Source of the DNA: an uncultured Solirubrobacterales bacterium
Lineage (GTDB): Bacteria > Actinomycetota > Thermoleophilia > Solirubrobacterales > 70-9
Assembly: GCA_963796815.1 (NCBI GenBank)
Contig: CAWCNF010000006.1
Location: 60,593 to 124,592 of the forward strand
Length of the DNA stretch: 64,000 bases
Reading direction: 5' to 3'
This document shows, one piece after another, positions 50,002 through 59,890 of this stretch. The translations under genes were made by a program, and so were the position numbers. Within the stretch, counting starts at the first letter, position 1; the number at the start of each line of letters is the position of its first letter. The notes beneath the pieces are model-generated. The model saw only the letters and a program-made list of their open reading frames with translations, did no database searches and was not told the DNA's origin.

Positions 50002-50914
50002 GTGAAGCTCGTCTACCTCGGCACCTCCGAGTTCGCCGCCGAGATCCTGCGCCGCCTCGCGGCGACCGCTGAGTAGCGGCCCACGCTCGTCGTGACCCCG
50101 CCCGATCGCCGCCGCGGGCGCGGGCGCAAGACGTCACCGACGCCGGTCGCCGAGCTGGCAGGCGAGCTGGAGATCGATGTGCTCAAGACCGAGGCGGCCA
50201 GCGACGCCGAGTCGCTTGAGCGAATTCGCGCGGCGCGAGCCGGAGATCGGCGTCGTCTGCGCGTTCGGGCAGCTGATCCGCGAGCCGCTGCTGTCCGAGC
50301 TCGAGCTGCTCAACGTGCACCCGTCGCTGCTGCCGCGCTGGCGCGGTGCGGCCCCGATCGAGCGCGCGATCATGGCCGGCGACGCCGAGACGGGGGTGTC
50401 GATCATGCGGCTGACCGAGGGCCTCGACTCCGGGCCGGTGGCGCTGCAGCGCGCGGTGTCGATCGACGAGGACGGCTTCGGCGCGCTCTCGCGCCGGCTG
50501 GAGGAGCTCGGCGGCGAGCTGCTGGTCGACGCACTCGAGCGCCGCGCGGCCGGCACGCTCGAGCTCACCGAGCAGGACGACGACGGTGTCACCTACGCGG
50601 AGAAGATCGAGCCTGCCGAGCGCCGGCTGGACCCGCATGAGGAGCCGGCCGTCCAGCTGGCACGACGGGTGCGCGCGCTGAACCCGCACGTCGGGACCTA
50701 CCTCGAGGTCTCCGACGGCGAGCGGCTCGGCGTGGTCGCTGCGCGAGCCGCGAGCGGCCAGCTCGGCCCCGGCGCGGTTGGCGGCGAGGGCGAGCTGCGC
50801 ATCGGGACGCCCGACGGCGACCTCGTCGTCAGCGAGGTGCGGCCTGCGGGGGGCAAGGCGATGACGGCCGACGCGTATCTGCGTGGCCACGAGCTGCCGC
50901 AGCGGTTGCCGTGA
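50002..50914 (+). CDS. fmt: Methionyl-tRNA formyltransferase, with an in-frame TAG at 50074-50076 and one frame change near 50230.
   Basis: From GTG 50002 it reads KLVYLGTSEFAAEILRRLAATAE-TAG-RPTLVVTPPDRRRGRGRKTSPTPVAELA, then (shift) VVCAFGQLIREPLL..LNVHPSLLPRWRGAAPIERAIMAGDAETGVSIM and PAGGKAMTADAY. TAG 50074 is in frame with both GTG 50002 (72 nt away) and GTG 50092 (18 nt away). Confidence 0.85.
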
Positions 50915-52284
50915 GCGAGGTCACCGCTGCGCGCCGGGTCGCGTACGAGATCCTGCGCCGGACTTTCGAGGAGGGCGCGTGGACCGACAGGGCGTTCACC
51001 GCGGCCGCGACGCGCGAGGGCCTCGATGGGCGCGATCGCGCGCAGGCGCGGCGGCTCACCTACGGCGCCGTCCAGCGGCGCGCCACGAGCGATCACATCG
51101 TTGGCGTCCTCGCGGGGCGCCGCGGCGGCAAGATCGACGATCCAGCGCTGGCCGCGCTCCGGCTTGGCCTCTACGAGTTGCTCTTCTCCGAGACGGCCGA
51201 CCACGCCGCGGTCGACCAGGCCGTGGAGCTCGCCAAGGAGGGGACGCGGCGCGCGGGCATGGCGCACGGGCGCGCACGCGCCGCCTCCGGCTTCGTCAAC
51301 GCGATCCTGCGTCGCGCGGCGGCCGAGCGCGAGGAGCTGCTCGCGACGCTCGACGACTCGACGCCGGACGCAGCGGCGGTCGCGCACTCCTACCCGCCCT
51401 GGCTTGCGGCGATGTGGTGGAACCAGCTGGGCGCCACCGAGGCGCGTCTGCTGATGGCGGCGATGAACGAGCCGGCCGAGACGGCCATGCGGGTCAACAC
51501 GCTGCGCTCCGAGCCGGCGGCGGTCGCGGCCGAGCTTCGCGCCGCGGGCGTCGAGGTCACCGGGCCGGGCGACGGCTCGCTGCTCGCACCTGCCGCGGGC
51601 ATCGTCGTCGACCTCGCCTCAGAGCCCGTCGGCGCCCGAATCACCACCGGCGAGCTCGTCCCGCAGTCCCGCGGATCGCAGGCCGTGGTCGCGCTACTGG
51701 ACCCGCAGCCGGGCGATCGCGTGCTCGATCTCTGCGCCGGGCCGGGGATCAAGACGACGGCGATCGCCGCGCGCCTTGGCGAGTCGGGGTCGGTTGTCTC
51801 GATCGAGTCGGACCCCCGCCGCGCCGGCCAGATCGAGGAGCTGTGCGCGCGCACCGGGGCGGCCAACGTCCGCGTTGAGGTCGCCGATGCCGCCGAGGCC
51901 GACCTGGGTTCTGACTACGATCGAATCCTCTTGGATCCGCCGTGCACAGACCTCGGAACGCTTGCCTCACGGCCCGACGCGCGCTGGCGCCGCGGCCCGG
52001 AGGATCCCGAGCGCGTCGCGGCCCTACAGCGCCGGCTGGCCGTGCGCGCCGCCCGGGCGCTTGCCCCGGGAGGCACGCTCGTCTACTCGACGTGCACCAT
52101 CTCGGAGGTGGAGAACGAGTCGGTGGCGGCAGCGGTCAGCGAATACGCGAGTGGGGTGGAGGCCGACGACCTCAGCGCCGCCCATCCGCGGCTGGCCTCG
52201 CGGTCCGACGCTCGCTTTCTGCAGCTGCTGCCGCAGCGCGACCACACGACCGGGTTCTTCTGCGCGCGGTTTCGGAGGGCGTGA
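50911..52284 (+). CDS. rsmB: 16S rRNA m5C967 methyltransferase RsmB (Sun/Fmu).
   Basis: An intact 457-aa ORF. It has a NusB-like N-terminal domain, then VLDLCAGPGIKTTAIA (SAM motif), ILLDPPCTDLGT (PC motif) and LVYSTCTISEVEN (TC motif). Its GTG overlaps the fmt stop. Confidence 0.9.
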   Translation: MSEVTAARRVAYEILRRTFEEGAWTDRAFTAAATREGLDGRDRAQARRLTYGAVQRRATSDHIVGVLAGRRGGKIDDPALAALRLGLYELLFSETADHAAVDQAVELAKEGTRRAGMAHGRARAASGFVNAILRRAAAEREELLATLDDSTPDAAAVAHSYPPWLAAMWWNQLGATEARLLMAAMNEPAETAMRVNTLRSEPAAVAAELRAAGVEVTGPGDGSLLAPAAGIVVDLASEPVGARITTGELVPQSRGSQAVVALLDPQPGDRVLDLCAGPGIKTTAIAARLGESGSVVSIESDPRRAGQIEELCARTGAANVRVEVADAAEADLGSDYDRILLDPPCTDLGTLASRPDARWRRGPEDPERVAALQRRLAVRAARALAPGGTLVYSTCTISEVENESVAAAVSEYASGVEADDLSAAHPRLASRSDARFLQLLPQRDHTTGFFCARFRRA

Positions 52285-52511
52285 TGGCGTCCGAGCGCGC
52301 GATCAAGCGGCCGAACTGCCCGGGGTGTGGCGAGCCCTGGCTGCGACCGACGCAGCTGCCGGGCCGCTACCGCTGCGTGTACTGCCTGCGGCGCTACGAG
52401 CTCGTCTCGGGCTGTCCGAACTGCGGCGAGCACCAGACGATGGTGCGCATGTCGACCGACGAGGACATGCTCTGCCAGAGTTGCGGCCACTCGATGCTGC
52501 AGCCGGTTTGA
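52284..52511 (+). CDS. Small double zinc-ribbon protein (75 aa, four CxxC pairs). Function unknown.
   Basis: It reads MASERAIKRPNCPGCGEPWLRPTQLPGRYRCVYCLRRYELVSGCPNCGEHQTMVRMSTDEDMLCQSCGHSMLQPV. The ATG overlaps the rsmB stop (TGATG) and the stop overlaps the rpe TTG start (TTGA). In the track it is visible only as the tail of ORF 51942..52511. Confidence 0.5.
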   Translation: MASERAIKRPNCPGCGEPWLRPTQLPGRYRCVYCLRRYELVSGCPNCGEHQTMVRMSTDEDMLCQSCGHSMLQPV

Positions 52512-53185
52512 GCCGCTCTATCTACAACCAGAACAGGGTCGCGCCGTCGATTCTCTCCGCCGACTTCTCCAAGCTCGGCGCGCAGGTTGGCGAGGTGATG
52601 GACGCCGGCGCGCGGGTGATCCACGTCGACGTGATGGACGGTCACTTCGTCCCGCCGATCACGATCGGCCCGCTCGTCGCGAGCTCGATTGCCGACCAGG
52701 TCCATGACGCCGGAGGGGTGATCGACGTGCACCTGATGATCGAGCGACCCGAGAACCACATCGCCGAGTTCGCCAAGGCCGGCGCCGACTCGATCACGAT
52801 CCACGATGAGGCGACCCCGCACACCAACCGCACGCTGAACGCGATCCGCGAGGCGGGTTGCCTGGCCGGGCTCGCGCTCAATCCGGGCACCCCGGCGAGC
52901 GCGGTCACTGAGCTCGGCGGCGTCGCCGATCTCGTCCTCTGCATGACAGTCAACCCGGGCTGGGGCGGGCAGCCGTTCATCGCGTCGTCGCCCGACAAGG
53001 TCGCGCGCCTGCGCGAGCTCGTCCCCGAGGCGATCCTCGAGGTCGACGGCGGCATCGACACGAACACCGCCGGCTCGGTCGCCGACGCGGGCGCGACCCT
53101 CTTCGTCGCCGGCTCCGCGATCTTCGGCAAGCCGGACCCGGCCGAGGCCTACCGCGCGATCGCGGCGGCTGCGGGCGCGGAGTAA
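52508..53185 (+). CDS. rpe: Ribulose-phosphate 3-epimerase.
   Basis: From TTG 52508 the gene encodes 225 aa: VAPSILSADFSKLGAQV, IHVDVMDGHFVPPITIGP, DVHLMIERPE, TIHDEA, LALNPGTP, MTVNPGWGGQPFI and EVDGGI. Confidence 0.9.
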   Translation: MSRSIYNQNRVAPSILSADFSKLGAQVGEVMDAGARVIHVDVMDGHFVPPITIGPLVASSIADQVHDAGGVIDVHLMIERPENHIAEFAKAGADSITIHDEATPHTNRTLNAIREAGCLAGLALNPGTPASAVTELGGVADLVLCMTVNPGWGGQPFIASSPDKVARLRELVPEAILEVDGGIDTNTAGSVADAGATLFVAGSAIFGKPDPAEAYRAIAAAAGAE

Positions 53186-53223
53186 CGCCCGTTCGGCGCG
53201 ATCGGCGCTCGCCCTGGCACTCG

Positions 53224-53245
53224 CGGTTCCGCGGAACCGGGTTTT
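53224..53245 (+). terminator. Rho-independent terminator candidate for the fmt-rsmB-rpe operon. It is built from the second copy of the GGTTCCGCGGAACC palindrome.
   Basis: The 16-bp palindrome CGGTTCCGCGGAACCG lies at 53224-53239 and is followed by GGTTTTG. It begins 38 nt after the rpe stop. Confidence 0.6.
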
Positions 53246-53415
53246 GCTGGGTGGGGAGGGGCGAGGTGTGACGTAAGTCCCGCTTCGCGACGATTCCGTG
53301 CGGGTTTCGGGGTGGCGGACTTGGCCTGTGTCGGGTTAGCGGTCTATACGACTAGAAACCTCACACAGCTCCCCGCGCCGGCGCCCTAGCCGCGCCCGGC
53401 GAAAGCACCCCAGCC

Positions 53416-53520
53416 CTACCGTCCGGATCGGCGAAGCCGAAGAAGGTGCCGCCGTAACTCGATCGAGCGGTCGATGTCGCTCACCGGCAGCACCACCACC
53501 TCCAGGCTCCAATCCATCAT
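53416..53520 (-). pseudogene. Remnant of a VOC/glyoxalase-family gene, with N- and C-terminal motifs juxtaposed and the middle missing.
   Basis: The minus strand reads ATGATG-DWSLEVVVLPVSDIDRSIE, a typical VOC N-terminus. One frame shift away it continues YGGTFFGFADPDGRAGVL, the typical VOC C-terminal FxDPDGN motif. The total is only about 55-60 codons against the usual length of about 125. Its ATG overlaps the antiporter stop. Confidence 0.3.
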
Positions 53521-55354
53521 GCGCTCCTCTCGTTATTTCCCTGATTCAGATCTCTCGGTGGGGCCGGGGCGCTGAGCGCGCCCGCGAGCTCCTGCCACCA
53601 CGCTCGCTCCGCCGGGTTGAGGCCCGAACGGGTCACCCGCCGCGCGCACCATTCAGCCAGGCGACGGCGGCCGCCGACGGCGAGCAGATCGGCGCCGGTC
53701 GCCGCGTAGCGGCCGTCGGCGAGGGTGACGAGCGATCCCCCGCCGTCGCGGCGCACGCGCAGTCGCCCGGCGACCGGGACGCCCGCGATCTCGTCAGGGG
53801 CGCTCGGGTTGCCGTCCGCCTCGACCCAGGGCCGGACGGTGAAGACCTGCGAGGCGCCGCGCAGAGGCAGGTGCGGCACCGGCGGCTCGCCGAGCGGGCC
53901 GTCGCGCCAGCGGGCCGCCAGGCGCTGGACCTCCTCCAGCGCCTCGAGCCTGACCACGATGTGAAGCTCGTCGCCCGCCTGCAGCTCCGTCGATCCGCGC
54001 GGCGGCAGTGCCTCGCCGCCACGCACGATCAGGTTGACGAGCGCCTCCCGGGGGAGGTCGAGCTCCTTTGCCATCACCCCGTCGGCGGCGTCGCCCGGCC
54101 GGATCTTCCACACGATCGACTCGGCGCCGAGCTCGCGGATGATCCCCGTCTCGATCAGGGGCGGCGGCAGCGTGGCCTCGTCGCTGACGACGCCGAGGCG
54201 CCGCGCGAGCGGGTCGAAGGTCGTTCCCTGGATCAGCGTGGACGTGACGACCACGAAGAAGATCGAGTTGAAGATCAGCGTGTTGTCGCCGACGCCCGCG
54301 ACAACCGGGAACGTCGCGAGCCAGATCGGGATCGCGCCGCGCAGCCCGGCCCAGCCGAGCATCAGGCGCTCGCGGCCGTTGAAGGGCGAGAAGGCGCTCG
54401 CGATGAAGGCCGCCAGCGGGCGCGCGACGAAGATCAACGCCGCCGACAACAGCAGGCCCTTGCCCGCGATGTCGCCGAGGCTGCTGGGGAACACGAGCAG
54501 GCCGAGCAGGCCGAAGAGCGAGATCTGCGCAACCCACGAGAGGCCCTGATGGAAGGCGATCACGGTCGGCTCGCGGGGACCGGGCCCGTGCCGAGGATCA
54601 GCGCCGTGATGTAGACGGACAGAAAGCCCGACCCATGCGCCAGCTCGGGCACGCCGTAGGCGAGCGCCACGGTGGCGATCGAGGCGACGGGATAGAGCCC
54701 GGGGTTCGGCAGATCGAGGTTGCGGAAGCACCAGCGGGCGCCGAAGCCGATCGCGATCCCAAGGCGACGCCGATCGCGAGCTTGCCGGCGAGCGCTTCCG
54801 ACCATGTCGGCGAGCGCCGTAGTCCGGGGTCCTGGATCCAGCTGATGAACCCGGTGACCAGGAGCAGCGCGACCGGATCGTTCATCCCGGATTCGCCCTC
54901 CAGCGCGCGCGCCAGGGGCTTGCGCAGGTGCGAGCCTCGCAGGACGGCAAAGATCGCGGCGCTGTCGGTCGCGGCGACGGCGGCGCCGATGAGCAGCCCC
55001 TCGAGCGTCGAGAGGTCGAAGAGCCAGACGGCGGCGAAGCCGGTGATCAGCGGCGGTGACGACGGTGCCGATCGTCGCCAGCGAGATCGCGGTGCCCAGG
55101 ACGGGCTGGATCTCGCCCCAGCCGGCGGTGAGCCCGCCCTCGAAGAGGATCAGGATCAGGCCGATCGTCCCGAGCGTCCGCGCGAGCTCGTAGTTGTCGA
55201 AGTCGATCCCGCCAGGTCCCTCCGAGCCGAGCAGCATCCCCAGGCCGAGGAACAGCAGCAGGCCCGGAACGCGGACGCGGTCGGCCGCCTTCGCCGCCAG
55301 CAGGCCCGCGGCGAGCAGCAGGCCGGCGACGAGGATCAGTTCATAGTCCGACAA
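53517..55354 (-). CDS. nhaP2: CPA1-family K+(Na+)/H+ antiporter of the NhaP2 type, with a C-terminal TrkA-C (RCK_C) domain and an extra tail of about 110 aa. About 3 frame changes.
   Basis: It reads MSDYELILVAGLLLAAGLLAAKAADRVRVPGLLLFLGLGMLLGSEG..LILILFEGGL, then further TM segments after shifts (ALAYGVPELAHGSGFLSVYITALILG, GWAGLRGAIPIWLA). The TrkA-C-like region is GVMAKELDLPREALVNLIVRGGEALPPRGSTELQAGDELHIVV. Confidence 0.8.
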
Positions 55355-55391
55355 GGAACGACCGTACCGATCGGGTCGCCCGCTCCCTAGC

Positions 55392-56770
55392 TCACCTCGT
55401 CGGCGCAGGACGAGCGCCGCTTCCAGCTCGTCGCGTCGAATCGAGCGCGCCCGCCTCGAAGTGGGCCCGGTAGAGCCGCAGGAGCAGGACGAAAAGCGCC
55501 GCCGCGGCAGCCAGGAAGCCGACCTCGATTCGGCGCGCGGGCGTCAGCATCGGCAGCAGGCTCCAGATCGAGAAAGCCGCGGCGCAGCCGATCCAGCACG
55601 CCGCCGCGCGCCGCGAGAGCCCGCGCGCAAGGGCAGCCTGGTTGAGCGTCGTCGAGGCCAGGTAGAGGCCCATCGCCGCCGTCACCGCGAGCAGACCCGG
55701 CGCGGTCGTAGGTGAAGCGATCCGAGAAGGCGATCTGCATCAGCTTCGGCCCGGCGATCGCGACGATCGCACCGACGAAGAGCGGTGAAGCCGCGATCGC
55801 GCGCAGGGTGAGCTCGACCGAGACCGAGAAGGCCTCCTCGGCGTCGGCGCGGCCACGCGAGCGCAGGCGGGTGAGGTGGGGGAGGAGGCTGATCGCGATT
55901 CCCTGGAAGACGAGCAGCGGCGCTCGCGCGAGCATCAGCACGTTGAAGATGTAGCCGGCCTGGGCGGAGCCCTCGATCGCGTGGACGAACAGCGGGCCGG
56001 CGTTGAGGAAGATCTGCTCGCTGAGCATGATCAGGAGCACGGCGCCCGCGAAGGCGCCGCCGCGCGCGAGGACGGCGCGCGAGCTCTCGTCGCCGGGCGC
56101 GGGGCCGGGCGCCGCGGCGGGTGCGCGGGCGGCGCGGCGGCCGAACGCGAGTGGCACGACCGAGAGCGAGAAGAGCGGCGCGGCGACGACGCCCGCGGCG
56201 ACCGCGTTGCGACCAGCGGCGATGCCGACGGCGACCGCCAGCGAGAACGCCATCCGCGAGAACGACTCGCTCACCAGCAGCCCCGCAAGCAGCCCAAAAT
56301 GTCCCTCGCCGGCGAGAAAGCCGCGGGCGAAGAAGCTCGCCGCGAAGGCGAGGACGGCGCCGACGTAGATCCAGTAGATCGTCGTCGAGCCCGAGAACAG
56401 GTCATCGCGCAGGGGGACGCGAAGCGCGAGCGCGACGGCGGCGAAGCCGAGCGCGACGACGCCCTGGATCTTCGCGGCGGCGCGCAGGACGGGGCCGATC
56501 GCGGCGCCGTGGGTGCGCCGCTCGGCGACGCTGCGCGAGATCAGCTGCTCGACCGGCCGGTGGAGGACCGAGATCGTCACGAACGTTGCCGACCAGAGGA
56601 CGACGATCTCGCCGTAAGCGGTCGACGTCGAGGTTGTGCGAGGCGAGCGCGAAGTAGACGTAGGTGAGGAGCCCGGCGGCGCCGACGCCGGCCGACAGCG
56701 TGCCCGCCGAGCGCCCGAAACTGCGTGTTGCGCCGCTGGCCGCCATCGCAGGAGAGTAATCTGAGCTCAT
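55392..56770 (-). CDS. MOP-superfamily polysaccharide/lipid-linked oligosaccharide flippase (Wzx/PST-type). About 3 frame changes.
   Basis: The ATG is at 56770. About 12-14 hydrophobic segments are reconstructed from ORFs 56402.., 55387.. and 55392.., for example LLTYVYFALAS, TIYWIYVGAVLAFAASFFARGF, LIMLSEQIFLNAGPLFV, NVLMLARAPLLVFQGIAISLLPHL and GLYLASTTLNQAALARG. The family assignment rests on topology and pattern only. Confidence 0.6.
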
Positions 56771-56786
56771 TGACTGATCAGTCAAT
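56769..56786. promoter_or_regulatory. Perfect 18-bp palindrome ATTGACTGATCAGTCAAT in the 47-bp divergent flippase/ribD spacer.
   Basis: I verified it against the coordinates of ORF 56725. It overlaps the flippase start codon and carries a TTGACT hexamer on each strand, which could serve as two divergent -35 boxes or as a dimeric-repressor operator. Confidence 0.6.
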
Positions 56787-56817
56787 CGACACGTCGTCAG
56801 CAAGGGTATTTCTGGCG

Positions 56818-57957
56818 ATGACAGCGACGGCCACAGACCAGGATCGCGTTCACCTCCGCCGCGCCTGCGAGCTCGCCAACGCGGCATCGGCCGCGTCAGC
56901 CCGAATCCACCGGTTGGAGCCGTGGTCGTCGCCGCGGACGGAGAGGTGATCGGAGAGGGCTGGCACGCCGAGCTCGGCGACGTCCACGCCGAGGTTGCGG
57001 CGCTCGCCGACTGCCGCGAGCGCGGCGCCGACCCCGCCGGCGCGACGATCTACGTCTCACTCGAGCCGTGCGCCCATCAGGGCCGCCAGCCACCGTGCAC
57101 CGATGCGATCCTCGCCGCCGGCATCGCCCGCGTCGTGATCGGCTGCGACGACCCGACCGAGAAGGCCTCCGGGCGCGGTCCGGGAATCCTTCGCGACGAG
57201 GGCGTCGAGGTCGTGTTCGCCGACGGCGCCGAGGCGGCGGCCGCGCGCATCGCAGTCCAGGCGTTTCGCAAGCACGCGATCACCGGCAGGCCGCTGGTGG
57301 TGCTCAAGTCGGCGCTCAGCCTCGACGGCTTCACCGCCACCGCCAGCGGCGACTCGAAGTGGATCTCGGGTCCCGAGAGCCGCGCTCTCGTCCACCGCTG
57401 GCGCGCCGAGGCCGACGCCGTCGCGGTCGGGATCGGCACGGCCCTCGCCGACGATCCGCTGCTGACCGCGCGCGACGTCGATGACGCCAGCACCGCGCGC
57501 CAGCCGGCGCGGGTGGTCTTCGACTCAACTCGGCGCGACTGCCGCTCGACTCCGCCCTGCTGGGCTCGACCGATCAGGCGCCGCTCTACGTGATCGCCTC
57601 GGTCGAGGCCGATCGCGAGCGGGTCGCTGCGCTGCGCGGCTGCCGGGGCCGAGGTGATCGAGCTCGCCGGCGAGCGCGACGCGCCGCCTCGCCGACGGCG
57701 CTCGACGCGCTCGGCGCGGCCGGGCTCACCTCGCTGCTGGTCGAGGGCGGCGCCGAGCTCGCCGGCTCGCTGCTGGCGACCGCGCAGGTCGACCAGCTGC
57801 GCGTCTTCGTCGCCCCGATCCTGCTCGGCTGCGGGCGGCCCGCTGGCGCTCGGCCCCGCGGCTGATACGGTCGCCGACGCGGTCGGCCCGCTGGCGGTCG
57901 AGTGGGACGCGAAGCGGCGCCGACATGCTCGCCAGCGCGCGGCTGCGGGAGTGGTGA
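56818..57957 (+). CDS. ribD: Bifunctional riboflavin biosynthesis deaminase/reductase RibD. About 4 frame changes.
   Basis: It reads MTATATDQDRVHLRRACELA, (shift) NPPVGAVVVAADGEVIGEGWH and HAEVAALA, with the CMP/dCMP deaminase zinc motif in YVSLEPCAHQGRQPPC. The reductase part follows: VVLKSALSLDGF, GDSKWISG and LTSLLVEGGAELAGSLL. The stop is TGA 57955-57957. Confidence 0.85.
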
Positions 57958-58562
57958 TGTTCACCGGGATCGTTGCAAGAGGTCGGGGTCGTCAGCGCCG
58001 TCTACACGGGCGACGCGGGTACCCGGCTCGGGATCACGACGGCTTTCGCCGGTGAGCTGCGACAGGGTGACTCGGTCTGCGTCGAGGGCGTGTGCCTGAC
58101 CGCGACGACGCTCGAAGGCGACGGCTTCGACGCCGACGTCATGAACCAGACGCTGTCGCTGACCACGCTCGGCGAGCTCGAGGACGGGCTCGCGGTCAAC
58201 CTCGAGCCCGCGCTGCGCGCGGGCGAGCCACTCGGCGGGCACATCGTCCAGGGCCACGTCGACGCCGTCGGCGAGGTGCGGTCGGTCGCCGAGGACGGCT
58301 TCGCGCGGCGGGTGCGCGTCGGCGTGCCCGGACGGGCTCGAGCGCTACCTGGTCGAGCACGGGTCGGTGACGGTCGCGGGCGTCAGCCTCACGGTCGCCG
58401 CGCTGGCTGCCGATTGGTTCGAGGTGTCGCTGATCCCCGAGACGCTGGAGCGGACGACCCTCGGCGCCGCGGCGAGCCGGGACCCGGGTGAACCTCGAGT
58501 TCGACGTCATCGCCCGCTACGTCGAGCGGCTTCTAGGCTTCAAGAAGAAGGGAGAGAAATGA
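57957..58562 (+). CDS. ribE: Riboflavin synthase (alpha chain). Two frame changes, including an extra G at 57975.
   Basis: It reads MFTGIV(shift)QEVGVVSAV, then GDSVCVEGVCLTA, FDADVMNQTLSLTTLG, NLEPALRAGEPLGGHIVQGHVD, GSVTVAGVSLTV, SLIPETLERTTLG and NLEFDVIARYVERL. Confidence 0.85.
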
Positions 58563-59890
58563 CGAAGCGACTACAGAGACACCGGCACCCCGGAGGCGAA
58601 GCCGAGGAGGTGGCCGGCAGGCCTCCGCCTTCGCGACGATCGAGGAGGCGATCGACGAGATCCGCCGCGGCCGGATGGTCGTCGTCTGCGACGACGAGAC
58701 GCGCGAGAACGAGGGCGACCTGACAATGGCCGCGCAGTTCGCGACCCCGGAGGCGATCAACTTCATGGCGAAGGAGGGGAGGGGCCTGATCTGCCTCACC
58801 CTCACCGGCGAGCGCTGCGACGAGCTCGGCCTCAACCTGATGGCGGCCAAGAACGAGGCGCCGCTGCAGACGGCGTTCACCGTCTCCGTCGAGGCTCGCG
58901 AGGGCGTCACCACCGGGATCTCGGCCGCCGACCGCGCGCACACGATCCAGGTCGCGATCGACGCGCGCTCGACGCCGCACTCGCTGGTGCAGCCGGGCCA
59001 CGTCTTCCCGCTGCGCGCCAAGGACGGCGGCGTCCTCGAGCGCGCCGGCCAGACCGAGGCTGCGGTCGACCTCGCCCGCCTCGCCGGCCTCAATCCGGCG
59101 GGCGTGATCTGCGAGATCATGAACGACGACGGGACGATGGCCCGCGTGCCCGACCTGGTCCCCTACTGCGAGCGCCACGGCCTGAAGATGATCACGGTCG
59201 CCGACCTGATCTCCTACCGCCGGCGCACCGAGCAGCTGGTCGAGCGCGTGGTCGCGACGAAGCTGCCGACAGCCTTCGGCGAGTTCACGGCCGTCGGCTA
59301 TCGCTCGCTGCTCGACGACAAGCACCACGTCGCGATGGTCAAGGGCAGCGTCTCGGGGGCGGAGGACGTCCTTGGTCCGCGTCCACTCGGAGTGCCTCAC
59401 CGGCGACGTCTTTCACTCCCTTCGCTGCGACTGCGGCGAGCAGCTCGAGGCGGCGATGGCGATGATCGAGAAGCAGGGCAGCGGCGTCCTGCTCTACCTC
59501 TCCCAGGAGGGCCGCGGGATCGGGCTGCTCAACAAGCTGCGCGCCTACAAGCTCCAGGAGGAGGGCCTCGACACCGTCGACGCGAACCTCAAGCTCGGCC
59601 TGCCCGCCGACCTGCGCGACTACGGGATCGGCGCCCAGATCCTCGTCGACCTCGGCCTCACCACCATCCGCATCCTCACCAACAACCCGAAGAAGATCCA
59701 CGGCCTCGAGGGCTACGGCCTCTCGGTCACCGAGCAGGTGCCGATCGAGTCGGTCCCGAACCCGCACAACCAGAGCTACCTCGACGCCAAGCGCGACAGG
59801 ATGGGCCACGTGCTCCATCACCAGGGACTGCCGCTCGACGAGGAGCTCATCCACGACGAGCAGGAAGCGGACGAGGCGTCCGGTGGCTGA
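58559..59890 (+). CDS. ribBA: Bifunctional 3,4-dihydroxy-2-butanone-4-phosphate synthase / GTP cyclohydrolase II (RibBA). Two frame changes.
   Basis: It reads [78 protein letters not shown], (shift) [43 protein letters not shown] and NNPKK. Confidence 0.9.

Noticed and set aside
53240-53415. A small structured RNA in the rpe/antiporter spacer, for example a 6C-like RNA suggested by the C-rich tract CCTCGCCCCTCCCCACCC on the minus strand.
   Set aside because: There are not two C-rich hairpin loops, no terminator in the minus orientation, and no recognisable promoter. The only clean hairpin with a U tract belongs to the plus strand (the rpe terminator). I cannot support an RNA gene call without a covariance-model scan.
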